Of a DNA stretch of 64,000 bases, positions 1 through 9,595 are shown piece by piece. The notes beneath the pieces were generated by a model that saw only the letters and a list, made by a program, of their open reading frames with translations, did not search any database and was not told where the DNA came from. Source of the DNA: Thecamonas trahens ATCC 50062 (lineage: Eukaryota; Protista; Apusomonadida); assembly GCF_000142905.1 (NCBI RefSeq), contig NW_013657643.1, positions 266,054-330,053 on the forward strand, written 5' to 3'. Position numbers and translations under genes: made by a program. Every line of letters begins with the position of its first letter. Positions within the stretch are counted from its first letter, which is position 1.

Positions 1-1956
1 CCACTGTCGCAGCGGGTCTCGGAGCTTGAGCTGGAGGCCGGCAAGATGCGCGAGGTCGAGCATGCTCGCCGCAGGCGGCCCAGCAGCTCAGACTCGAGCT
101 ACTCGGACTCCTCGTCATCGACTTCGGTGAGCAACGGACGGTCGGCGTCGGCGACAGCCGACAGAGCCTCCAGTGGAAGTGGTCTCCCGTGGTCGCTGGT
201 CAGCCAAATCGACGCGTCGGTTGTCCATTACCCGCCCGAAGTTGATGCGCTGTTCCGGCTGCTGATTGCGCTGGCGCCGGCGCCAAACACCGAGCCCGGA
301 CCTGGTCTGGAGCGGTCTCTTGCCGCGGTTGCGCGTGGCGTCGACCATCACAGCTCGTTTTCAGTCCCGACAGCCCTGGCGTCGCTCAAGCCGGTTGCAC
401 TGCAGGCTAGAAGCCAGCCTGACGGCCTGGTGGTGCGCGCATTTAGGGATCTAACCTTTTCGTCATGGGAGAGCTCGGGGGGAGTCTTTGCCGCCTCGTC
501 GTCACACGTCCACTGTGTGGCGTTTGGCGAGGTTGAAGCCGTCGTCGCGCTGGTGGCCAAGACAAACCCCATGTTCGACACGGCCGTTTACTCGCGGTCT
601 GTGGCGGCGGCCGCTGCACACGGGCGCGAGGCCTTTGCCGTGGCCTACGCCGCCGTTGCGGTCTCCAACCCCGGTGCGCTGCCGACGTACGATGACGTCG
701 CGGGAGCATCGGGCTCCAAGGTCAAGGTGGCCAAGGCTGGTGTGCCGCTGGAGGATTTGAGCGTAGCCGCTGCTCTTGCTGAAGGCGAATTTGCCATGGT
801 AGGCTTGGTTGCGCTGGAAGGCTCTTCGATCCACCCACAGTCTGCAGCTAGCATCGCGGCGCTGGGTGCAGCTGGTGTCCAGGTCGCAGTGCTTGCACCG
901 TCGACCACACCGCGAGAGCTGGAACGCGTGGCGCGCGAGCTCGGGCTCGAGCCCGACAACGTCATGCCTGCGGCGGCTGTGGCGGCTACCGAGTTCCCAC
1001 CCATGTTTGCGCCGCTGGTGGCCGGCGGCGACCGGCGGACAAGCCGCCAGCTGGTGGCCGGGCTCCGGGCTGGCGGCATGTGTGTCGGCGCATTGGTCCG
1101 CTCCGCCGACGATGTGGCCGCACTCTCGCAGGCAAACGTCGTCATCGCGACTGGTATCTCGGGCTCCGAAGTGGCCAAGGCGGAAGCGCAGCTCATTGTG
1201 CTCGACGACTCGCTGTCGTCAGTGGCAGACGCTGTGACCCGGGCCAAGCTTCTGCATGTCTACGTCTCGCTTGTTGCAGCCGTGTGGATGACGTTGCTTC
1301 CGATCCTCGCCGTGCCGTTCATCGTCTACGGGGCGACCGGTTGGCAGACGCTCTTGCCGACGCCTGCGCTGCTCGCCGCGCTCCTCTCGTCGTCGATCAT
1401 TGCTGCCTTTGGTGGCTGGCTCGGCATGACCTCTCTCTCGCGCGTGAGTGGGGTCTCCGATGCCGCGCTTCTTCCTCGTCTCAGCTACGCCATCATGCCA
1501 GCCAAGCATCTGGTCACGTGCCTAGCGGGGGGGCTCGTGCTGGGCGGGCTCAGCACGACCCAGTTTCTGTTTTCCGTCAGTAGAAGATCGCACCTTGATC
1601 ATCTGCGGGTGAGCGCGTCGCACGATGCCATGTATGCGTCGGCAATCCAAGCAACGCAGGTGATTATGAGTGCTGCAGGGCTCGTCTCTGGCGTGGCGTA
1701 TTGCATGCGCAGGTTCTTTGGCGCCGAGCTGACCTCGCGACTGCTCACGACGATGGCCATTGCGCCGGCCCTCCTCGTCATCGCCATCTTTGCCTTTGAA
1801 TCCTCAATGGGTTTCGGCTACACTGCTCCGAACGAGTCGTTGCCGGTTCTTACCCTTGTCGTCCGCGCTGGTATGGCGTTTATTGCCGCTAGCGGCGTGG
1901 CTTTTACCTGCTCGCGGTCAATTCTCCTGTCGCTGCTGGAGCTTCGCGACGCGTAA
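1..1956 (+). CDS. P-type ATPase-like protein (type II-like P-domain and C-terminal TM region), 5' end outside window, catalytic motifs degenerate
   Basis: Frame open from base 1. FAMVGLVALE..AGVQVAVL..ALSQANVVIATGISGSEVAKAEAQLIVLDDSLSSVADAV matches the P-type hinge consensus ([32 protein letters not shown]) and is followed by about 6 hydrophobic segments. Confidence 0.75.
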   Translation, partial: PLSQRVSELELEAGKMREVEHARRRRPSSSDSSYSDSSSSTSVSNGRSASATADRASSGSGLPWSLVSQIDASVVHYPPEVDALFRLLIALAPAPNTEPGPGLERSLAAVARGVDHHSSFSVPTALASLKPVALQARSQPDGLVVRAFRDLTFSSWESSGGVFAASSSHVHCVAFGEVEAVVALVAKTNPMFDTAVYSRSVAAAAAHGREAFAVAYAAVAVSNPGALPTYDDVAGASGSKVKVAKAGVPLEDLSVAAALAEGEFAMVGLVALEGSSIHPQSAASIAALGAAGVQVAVLAPSTTPRELERVARELGLEPDNVMPAAAVAATEFPPMFAPLVAGGDRRTSRQLVAGLRAGGMCVGALVRSADDVAALSQANVVIATGISGSEVAKAEAQLIVLDDSLSSVADAVTRAKLLHVYVSLVAAVWMTLLPILAVPFIVYGATGWQTLLPTPALLAALLSSSIIAAFGGWLGMTSLSRVSGVSDAALLPRLSYAIMPAKHLVTCLAGGLVLGGLSTTQFLFSVSRRSHLDHLRVSASHDAMYASAIQATQVIMSAAGLVSGVAYCMRRFFGAELTSRLLTTMAIAPALLVIAIFAFESSMGFGYTAPNESLPVLTLVVRAGMAFIAASGVAFTCSRSILLSLLELRDA

Positions 1957-1970
1957 AAGCCATCAGTCTC

Positions 1971-2728
1971 CTACAGCGTTTCCAGGTCGAGCACAGCCTG
2001 AGTAAGCTGAGCAATCTGCTTGGACTGGGACGGAGCAAGGGTCGAGTCCTTGGTCGCTTCCGGCGGAGTGAGGAAGGCTCCATTGTCCGAGAGCGTCCAG
2101 CCTGATGCAACAAGCTCTGTCATTGCTGCATCGTTGTCCAAGCCAAGCATGGCGGCAGCCCTTGCCACGGCCACCACCTCAAAGGCAGCAACCATAGCCG
2201 ACTTTGCCGCCGACCGCAGGGCCTGGATGACAACTGCCGGCAAAGCTTCCACATCGCCGTCCCAAGTCAAGCCAGCCAGGGCAGCATGCGCATCAGCAAA
2301 GCTCTCCGAGTGCAAGGCAGCCGAGACGTCGGCCAGAGCCTTCAGCCTAGGATCGACAGGCACCTGATTCTCTCCTGCACCAGCGCCAGTCCTCGCATCA
2401 TCATCACCATCGTTAGCCACACATCGCTTGACCACATAGCGAGCACCCGTGAGGTCACCCTTGACAACATGTGCCGCCATGAGCACGAGGGCCACATCAC
2501 CCAGCGGAGAGAACGGGTTCTGTACAGAGAAAGGGAGGGGGGGTGGGGAGGGCATAGGTGAGTGATGATCGTGGTAGTGGCTGTCTCTGTCTCTGTGTCT
2601 TTGTCGCTGTGTCCCCATCTCCATGTCCGTACCGCCAGCTCGGCTGCTGTGCACTCTTCGATGACCTCCTCCACACGGCCGTCAGCAAGGGCAGCCACAA
2701 GGGCATGGATATGAAGTGTGAGAGGCAT
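1971..2728 (-). CDS. COPS8: COP9 signalosome subunit 8-like (CSN8/PSMD8/eIF3K PCI family); exons 2633-2728 and 1971-2519
   Basis: Intron 2520-2632 (GTACGG...TACAG) joins ECTAAELA|NPFSPL in frame. DLTGARYVVKR and the C-terminal QIAQLTQAVLDLE resemble CSN8. Confidence 0.65.
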
Positions 2729-2888
2729 GACCACTACAAAACGTGGAAGGGTACGTGGTCGAAGGATAGGAAGAGGGTGGGGGTGGTAGAGTTAGGGGGG
2801 TGGAGGAGGGGGGGGAGGGGGGGGGGGAGTAAGGTGGTGCTTTGATCGGCCTTTGGAAGGTGTGTCAGGCGGTGGGCGGCGGTGGTCG

Positions 2889-3224
2889 CACTCGGCCAGA
2901 TGGTGGCCGACTTGGCTCCCGCACACCCATCCATCCATCCATCGCTCCGGAGTACCCTCAGCTGGTGCCTCCTTCGCCCCGCTCGCCGAGCAGTCACTCG
3001 GCCAGATGGTGGCCGACTTGGCTCCCGCACACCCATCCATCCATCCATCGCTCCGGAGTACCCTCAGCTGGTGCCTCCTTCGCCCCGCTCGCCGAGCAGT
3101 CACTCGGCCAGATGGTGGCCGACTTGGCTCCCGCACACCCATCCATCCATCCATCGCTCCGGAGTACCCTCAGCTGGTGCCTCCTTCGCCCCGCTCGCCG
3201 AGCAGTCACTCGGCCAGATGGTGG
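2889..3224. repeat. 106-bp tandem repeat, 3 copies plus an 18-bp partial copy, each containing a (CCAT)n tract
   Basis: CACTCGGCCAGATGGTGG recurs at 2889, 2995, 3101 and 3207; the copies appear identical. Confidence 0.95.
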
Positions 3225-3313
3225 GCGGTGACCTTTGGAGTCGGCAGGAGCGACCACAGGTAGGCACACCTCACTCTCGCCCTGACCTGTGTAGGCTTTG
3301 GAAGAGGGACAGG

Positions 3314-6300
3314 ATGGACCAGTTCCACTTGTACAAGGAAATAGGAAGGGGGAGGTACTCTACGGTGTACAAGTCGCGAGTCAAGGGCTCCATTCAATAC
3401 GTAGCGGTCAAGTCTGTGGACAAGGGACGGAGAGCAGCCATTCTCAACGAGGTCGGCACACTGGTGAGACTTCATCATCCTCACATCCTCAACTTCTACA
3501 ACTGGTATGAGACCACCAATCATCTTTGGCTCATTGTTGAGGTCTGTACTGGTGGCGATTTGGCTTCCATGCTGGCTCATGATCATGCTCTTCCCATACA
3601 TGTTGTCGCCGCTTACGGCGCTAACATTGCTGATGCTCTTCACTATGTTCATGCTGCTGGCTTTGCTCATGGTCATCTCAAACCATCAAACATCCTGCTC
3701 AAGGCAGATGGGACTCTCAAGCTCTGTGACTTTGGTCTTGCCACAAACGTGGCCGATCCGCCGCTACCGCGCCCCGATCCGTCTGGAGTCGATGATCAGA
3801 GCCGGGGCTCACAAGGCCACGACAAGCTTGTTCTCGCCTCCTCAGAGGGCTCGCCCAACTACATGGCGCCGGAGCTGTTTTCGGCCTTGGGTGTGCACTC
3901 GTTTGCCTCAGACTTGTGGTCGTTTGGTGTCGTGCTGTTCGAGCTCGCCACCGGTGCCCCGCCGTTTGCCGCAGACTCGCTCCACGCCACTCTCGAGGCC
4001 ATCGTAGCCGGCCCGATTCCTGCTCTCCCACTTGGAACCGATGACGCTGCCGCCCAGCTCGCAGCCCTCCTCAATGGCCTCCTGGTTCGCCACCCGGGTG
4101 CTCGCGCCTCCTGGGCTGCCGTCCTTTCCTCGTCGCTGTGGGGCGACAACGCGCCCGAGCTCCTCCACCTCCCATGCCAGCCGGCCTTTGAGGCCTACCT
4201 CGCCTCGCTGCCTGCCGACGCTGCACCTGCCGTCGACATCTCTGCCCTCGAGGCCGCCATCATTGTGCCGGACGACGAGTACGCCACGCCGCGGAGCCCA
4301 GATGCTCCGCCGTCGGCCCCGCGTGTCTCCACCCCAGCTGCTGAGGCGCCGCACTCGCGCATCGCACTTCCGCGCGACGACCCCTCGCGCCGCACCCGTG
4401 ATGCCGTGGTCGAGTTTCGGGCCTCGGGCCCGGCGCCCGGCGCGGCTGCCTCCATCGCCTCGGTCATCTCGCAGACCATCGACGACCACTCGCTGGCAGT
4501 TCCGGGCCCGGCATCGCCGGCTGCCTCACCGATCTCCTCGCCGCGCTCGCCATCGGGTCACTCGGGTGCGGACCACCCGGATCCAGACGCTGGTCCCTCA
4601 TCAGAGCCGCCGTCAAGCCTCCCGCCGCACCTTGTCCGCCCACTTACCGCGCCGTCGTCGTCGACGCCGACCCGCGCGCCGACTCAGGCCTCACCGCGCG
4701 CTGAGCTTCCTGCCCCGCCTGACACCGCCGCCGGTGACACGCTTCCGCGCCAGCCGCTTGTCGAGCTCGCCCCGCCGCCGCCACGGACGCTGGTCAACCC
4801 CGCCCACGTCGTTGAGCACTTGTTTGCTGCCGTTGACAACTCGGTCAAGCCCATTGTGCGCAACAAGAAAATCGAGAAGCTGCCTGTCCTCGACTATGAC
4901 GTCGCCTTGCTCCCGTTCGAGGAGCTCTTGCCGCGCGACGTGGTGGCCCTCAAGGAGACGCCCGGGGCGCTGGAGGACTTTCTTGGCCAGGTCTACGCCG
5001 GGCTCTCCTCGTCGGACGCGACTAGCCATCACGTTCTTGTCTACCTCCAAGCGCTCAGCCTCGACACCGACGTTGCCAACATTGTGGTCAACTCGTCGCT
5101 GCTCAGCCTTCTGGTCAAGGCCATGCGCCGCACCAAGGTCCCGCACGCCAAGTTCAACTACGCCCGCCTGATGGGTATCCTCGTCCGGCACGCCACCATC
5201 ATTGCTGACGACGTGGCAAAGTCGGGCATCGATGTTGCCCTCTGTGAGACGCTTCGCAACGCTGATCCGACCCTCGCCAAAGAGGCCATGGCCTCGCTCG
5301 GTGAGCTCCTCTTTTACATCGCCTCGCGCGACGAAGGTCCTCCGCCGTGGTCGCTCCCGTCGTCGGCCCTCACCCTGGTAGTGGGCCACATCAAGGACCC
5401 AGTAGGCGCACCGATCGCTGCTGCATATGCCGTTCAGACACTGCACAACATCGGCGTCACGTCGGCGCCGTTCTTTGCCCCGCTGGCCACCCTCGATCTC
5501 GCCCTCGCCCTCGTCCGCATGCTGGCGTCGGCAAGCTCGACGCTGACGGTGGCCATCGCCAACACACTGGCGCGGCTCTGCCGCGTCTCGTTCACCCGTG
5601 CGGTCGAAGCGCAAGTGTCTGCGGTCGAAGCGAGTAGCTCGGCGGGCGCTCCCGGCACGGTCCCGGCCCACCTCGCACCACGGTTGCTGGAAAAGGCCGG
5701 CGTCAACTGGCTCATCGGCGGCCTCTCGTCCGGCGCGACCAAGGTCTGCGCTGCCATGCTCAACATTCTGGTCCTTGGCCTCCTCACCGCACCGCCTCGG
5801 GCGCAGCTGGCGGTCATCTCGACGCGCGGTCTGCTGCCGACGCTCCTCTCGGCGCTCGACCACAAGTCGACCGATGTGCGCGGCAAGGCACTGGCCGGCC
5901 TCGCCGTCGTGGCATCGGTCTCGCGCGAGGGCCTGCTCATGTGCCTTGAGTTGCGGCTGGCCGCCAAGCTTGCGGCGCTCCCGCCCGCGCCAGTCGAGCC
6001 ACTGCTTTGCTTCTGGCAAGGCCAAGCGTTTGCCGTCACGGCCTCTGCCGTCGATGCCGTCATGCACGAGGTGGCCTCCCAGGGGCGAGCCATTGCCGCG
6101 CGCTCGGCGCCGTCGTCGATGCAGATCAAGGCCTTCAAGGCTGCACTCATCCCGTTCCCGGCCGTCACACTTGCCCTCGAGTCGGACGCGCTCGCCGCCC
6201 ACCTCGCCCTCGTGCCACTCATTCGCGGTGCTGGTCTGCTCCTCTCGCTCGTTCCGCGGGCCTCGTTTGTCTCGGCGAGCGAGTTCCGTACGCCTCTCCT

Positions 6301-7351
6301 CGACAGCCTCGCTGCCCTCGCACGCCATCGCGATCTTGTAGCTGGCCACGTCCGCGACATCCGCGATGCGATCCTCCAGCCGCTCACCGGCCTGCTGGCC
6401 GGCGGGGACGCCGAGACCCGGTTCCTCTCGCTGCGCCTAGCGTCGGACCTGGTGCTGGCGCTGGCGGCGTCTCCCGAGGAGGAGCCCGAGACTGCCGCGT
6501 TGGCGGCCTTGCTGAGCAAGTGCATCCTGCCACGTGCCCCGGCGCTGCTCAGCGACGAGCTGCCGATCCCTGTCTACACTCTGCGGCTGCTCGACACGGT
6601 GGTCGAGACCTGGCCGTCGCTTGTCGGTGAGCTCGTCAACCTCGGCCTCCTCCCAAAGCTCCTCTCGTTCTTTTCTGTCGAGAACAAGCTCAACAACGTG
6701 CATAACGTCAAGCTCATCGCGGCTCTGGTCGCTTCACCGGCTGTCTCGCTGGCGTCCGTCCACGACGCTGCCCTCGTTCCGTCGCTCAACGCCATCCTCA
6801 GCTACGCTCTGGCCAACGATGTAGCAGCCTTTTTCGGCCCGCTCCTCGAGGTCATGCGCGCTCTCCTCACCCGCACCATCAACGTGCTCCTCACTCACAT
6901 GACCGTGGCCTCGGCCGCCGAAGCCAACCTCTCTGAACTGCCTGGCGAGCTGCCAGACGACGTCTTTGACCTCGTGGCCAGCAACATGGAGCTTGTGACC
7001 TCGGTTGGCTCGCTTGGTCGGCTGCTCTCGTCTTCTGAACACGCACCGACTGCCGCAGCCGTGCTGCAGCTTCTGTGCAAGACGTACGGGCCGTCGCTTT
7101 ACCCGCAGCTCCTCAAGCCGCCGCTTCTCGGCCAGCTCGTCGCCGCACTCACCGCCGCCTCGTCCAAGCACCTCGTCCTGAACATCCTCAAGATCCTCGG
7201 CTGGGTTCTCGAGTCGCCGCAAGCCCGGCTGGTGGCGCGGGCGGCCGACGGCACGCTCGTCGGCCTCATCGAGGAGCTCTCTTCCCACACCGACGCTGAC
7301 ATTGCCAAGCGTGGCCTCTCAGTGATGGGTAAGCTCCTTCGCGCCGGCTAG
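3314..7351 (+). CDS. ULK4: ULK4/RUNKEL-type Ser/Thr (pseudo)kinase with C-terminal HEAT/ARM repeats
   Basis: MDQFHLYKEIGRGRYSTVYK..VAVKSVDK..FYNWYETTNHLWLIVEVCTGGDL matches ULK4/RUK N-termini. VKPIVRNKKIEK motif and long helical C-terminus present. The ORF-track extension to 2882 runs through the tandem repeat. Confidence 0.9.
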   Translation: MDQFHLYKEIGRGRYSTVYKSRVKGSIQYVAVKSVDKGRRAAILNEVGTLVRLHHPHILNFYNWYETTNHLWLIVEVCTGGDLASMLAHDHALPIHVVAAYGANIADALHYVHAAGFAHGHLKPSNILLKADGTLKLCDFGLATNVADPPLPRPDPSGVDDQSRGSQGHDKLVLASSEGSPNYMAPELFSALGVHSFASDLWSFGVVLFELATGAPPFAADSLHATLEAIVAGPIPALPLGTDDAAAQLAALLNGLLVRHPGARASWAAVLSSSLWGDNAPELLHLPCQPAFEAYLASLPADAAPAVDISALEAAIIVPDDEYATPRSPDAPPSAPRVSTPAAEAPHSRIALPRDDPSRRTRDAVVEFRASGPAPGAAASIASVISQTIDDHSLAVPGPASPAASPISSPRSPSGHSGADHPDPDAGPSSEPPSSLPPHLVRPLTAPSSSTPTRAPTQASPRAELPAPPDTAAGDTLPRQPLVELAPPPPRTLVNPAHVVEHLFAAVDNSVKPIVRNKKIEKLPVLDYDVALLPFEELLPRDVVALKETPGALEDFLGQVYAGLSSSDATSHHVLVYLQALSLDTDVANIVVNSSLLSLLVKAMRRTKVPHAKFNYARLMGILVRHATIIADDVAKSGIDVALCETLRNADPTLAKEAMASLGELLFYIASRDEGPPPWSLPSSALTLVVGHIKDPVGAPIAAAYAVQTLHNIGVTSAPFFAPLATLDLALALVRMLASASSTLTVAIANTLARLCRVSFTRAVEAQVSAVEASSSAGAPGTVPAHLAPRLLEKAGVNWLIGGLSSGATKVCAAMLNILVLGLLTAPPRAQLAVISTRGLLPTLLSALDHKSTDVRGKALAGLAVVASVSREGLLMCLELRLAAKLAALPPAPVEPLLCFWQGQAFAVTASAVDAVMHEVASQGRAIAARSAPSSMQIKAFKAALIPFPAVTLALESDALAAHLALVPLIRGAGLLLSLVPRASFVSASEFRTPLLDSLAALARHRDLVAGHVRDIRDAILQPLTGLLAGGDAETRFLSLRLASDLVLALAASPEEEPETAALAALLSKCILPRAPALLSDELPIPVYTLRLLDTVVETWPSLVGELVNLGLLPKLLSFFSVENKLNNVHNVKLIAALVASPAVSLASVHDAALVPSLNAILSYALANDVAAFFGPLLEVMRALLTRTINVLLTHMTVASAAEANLSELPGELPDDVFDLVASNMELVTSVGSLGRLLSSSEHAPTAAAVLQLLCKTYGPSLYPQLLKPPLLGQLVAALTAASSKHLVLNILKILGWVLESPQARLVARAADGTLVGLIEELSSHTDADIAKRGLSVMGKLLRAG

Positions 7352-7360
7352 CTAACGTTA

Positions 7361-8950
7361 CTACCGACCTAGGGCGGCGACGAGCATGCCCTTGGCGGCC
7401 AGCCCGGCGCCGCCGATGTAAAACGGTGCCTCTACCGCAGAGCCCGAGAGCATGGCGCCGAGAAGGGTGGACGAAAACCGCGTGATGCCCTTGATCGAGT
7501 GGGTGACGCCGATAAAGGCGCCGAGCGTGTCCTTGGTCGCCAGCGACGAGACGTAGGCTATCTCGATTGGGTCCGAGACGGCCGCCACCACCGCGGCGAC
7601 GGCGTGGAGCGCGTAAAAGGCCCACAGGGTCGGCGCGAGAGGGTAAATACAGAAGAGGATGCCCTGGACCACCAATCCGCCCAGAATGACCTGCCGCACC
7701 GGATAGGTCTTAGCAACGTTGGCGGCCATCGGCGAGATGGTGACACCCAGCGAGACTAGGTACTTGACCGTGGAGGTGGCCGAGACTTCGGCCGGTCCCG
7801 AGCCAAACTTGGACGCCATCAGCGGTGCCATGTCCTTGGTCGGCGAGACGATCCCGGCCACAATGAGCGCCAGCACCAGCGGGTGTGCAAGCGACGTCCT
7901 CATCGCGTCGCCAAACGACCGCGTCGCCGGAGGCGCTTCTTGGTCGAAAGGCGCCGACACGGCGGCTTTGCCTTTGCTCGCCGGCTGGTCGCCAACCCGC
8001 AACCCGGTTGCCAGCAGAGCGGCGATAAAGAAGAGAGCGGCGGCGAGAACAAGCGGCGTTGACGGCGGCCAGTCTGCCAGAGCGTATAAGATGGCTGGCG
8101 CGGCAAAGTAGGCGACCTTCCAGCACGTCTCCAGCAGCGAGAGCATGCGGACGGCCGAGCTCGGATAGGCCTCGTAGAGGATGGCGGTGAGCAGGGCACC
8201 GTTCGACGCAAAGACACCCGTGACCATGCGAGCGGCAATGAGGCCTTCCACCGACGTCGTCTGCGCAGTGACGGCCAGACACACGCCCGACCCCACAAGC
8301 ATAACCACCAGCAGTGGTTTCCGCCCGTACACATCCGACGCATGCCCCACCAGCGGCGATGACACAATCTTGGTCAGCGAGTATCCGCCAAGCACTAGCC
8401 CGTACCTCATCGCCTCTGAAGTGGACCAAGCCCAGCTCCCCTCTGCCGACGACGACGAAGATGATGATGATGATAGGGGCGATGGCGTCTTGGGAGAGGA
8501 AGCAGCCAAGCTATCGGCAGCATGCTGATCGCGAGCATCGGCAGCATGCTGATCGCGAGCATCGGCAGCATGCTGATCGCGAGCATCGGCAGCATGCTGA
8601 TCGCGAGCATTGGCAGCATGCTGATCGCGAGCATCGGCAGTATGCTGATCGCGAGCATCCGGAGGATGCGGATCGGACAAAGAGGGTGATGCGGATCGGA
8701 CAAAGAGGGTGCGGCAGCCGGCAGAGTGCCCGGAGCATGAGTGGTAGATAGCGTTGCGGCAGGCGATGGATGGAAGGCCGCCGTGTCTGTGATGGCGGTG
8801 GTGGTGGGAGAGAGTTCCACCGGATCGTCCTGGGCAGTCATGGCCGCACGGGTGAGGAAGGAGGACAGGGAGATGGATGGTAAAGGCCAAAGCATACACA
8901 AGTCCGATAACAAGTACAAGTCCGAGCTCCCCATGTCCATGCCAGCTCAT
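7361..8950 (-). CDS. Major facilitator superfamily transporter (DHA1/TetA-like)
   Basis: MFS motif A GHASDVYGRKPLL, ARMVTGVF, about 12 hydrophobic segments. The ATG at 8950 precedes TM1; a longer in-frame start is possible. Confidence 0.85.
   Translation of the reverse strand: MSWHGHGELGLVLVIGLVYALAFTIHLPVLLPHPCGHDCPGRSGGTLSHHHRHHRHGGLPSIACRNAIYHSCSGHSAGCRTLFVRSASPSLSDPHPPDARDQHTADARDQHAANARDQHAADARDQHAADARDQHAADARDQHAADSLAASSPKTPSPLSSSSSSSSSAEGSWAWSTSEAMRYGLVLGGYSLTKIVSSPLVGHASDVYGRKPLLVVMLVGSGVCLAVTAQTTSVEGLIAARMVTGVFASNGALLTAILYEAYPSSAVRMLSLLETCWKVAYFAAPAILYALADWPPSTPLVLAAALFFIAALLATGLRVGDQPASKGKAAVSAPFDQEAPPATRSFGDAMRTSLAHPLVLALIVAGIVSPTKDMAPLMASKFGSGPAEVSATSTVKYLVSLGVTISPMAANVAKTYPVRQVILGGLVVQGILFCIYPLAPTLWAFYALHAVAAVVAAVSDPIEIAYVSSLATKDTLGAFIGVTHSIKGITRFSSTLLGAMLSGSAVEAPFYIGGAGLAAKGMLVAALGR
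8514..8659 (-). repeat. 24-bp coding tandem repeat (~6 copies) encoding DARDQHAA in the MFS loop after TM1
   Basis: GCATCGGCAGCATGCTGATCGCGA repeated. Confidence 0.95.
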
Positions 8951-9049
8951 GCTGCCCGTAGCAGGTGGCGAGAGAGAGAGATGGTCGACTACTCGCCGGA
9001 GAACGGCCGACGGCTGAACGGGCAGGGGCGAAGGCCGTGGGGTGATGGG

Positions 9050-9300
9050 GAGGGCCATGGTCATGATGAGGGCAATGGTCATGATGAGGGCAATGGTCAT
9101 GATGAGGGCAATGGTCATGATGAGGGCAATGGTCATGATGAGGTCGATGATCATGATGAGGGCAATGGTCATGATGAGGGCAATGGTCATGATGAGGTCG
9201 ATGATCATGATGAGGGCAATGGTCATGATGAGGGGGATAGCCATGAGGGCCATGGTGAGAACAACAACCATGATGAGGGCAAGGCTCATGGCAATGGCAA
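9050..9300. repeat. 18-bp tandem repeat CATGATGAGGGCAATGGT (~13 copies, some variant)
   Basis: Directly visible. Reads GHDEGN on + and IMTIAL on -. Confidence 0.95.
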
Positions 9301-9595
9301 TGACAATGTCTGGCGATAGTGATGATGCTGACAAGGCAGCAGGCACCGGTACGGGCGATGACGATGGTGCTCATGATGGCGATGGAGCTCACGACAGCGA
9401 CAGACATGACCCATGATGGCGATAGACAAGACTGATGACAACTATGAACAACCGTTTGCAATGAAATGACGAGTGATGAACAACGGCTGGTCACGCCCAT
9501 CACAGTCAGCGGAGAAGGTGGAGTGCGCCAGCACCACCACCGCCGCCACTGGCACCGGCCACTGGCCCGGCCCGCCGACTCACTCGTCTCGAGCC

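Noticed and set aside
2889-3224. CRISPR array or N-terminal extension of ULK4
   Set aside because: Units are identical with no spacers, there are no cas genes and the context is eukaryotic; ULK4 homology begins at ATG 3314.
8741-9319. + strand His/Asp-rich (GHDEGN)n ORF as a metal-binding protein
   Set aside because: No upstream ATG start, it overlaps the MFS 5' end in antisense, and it is open only because the repeat lacks stops.
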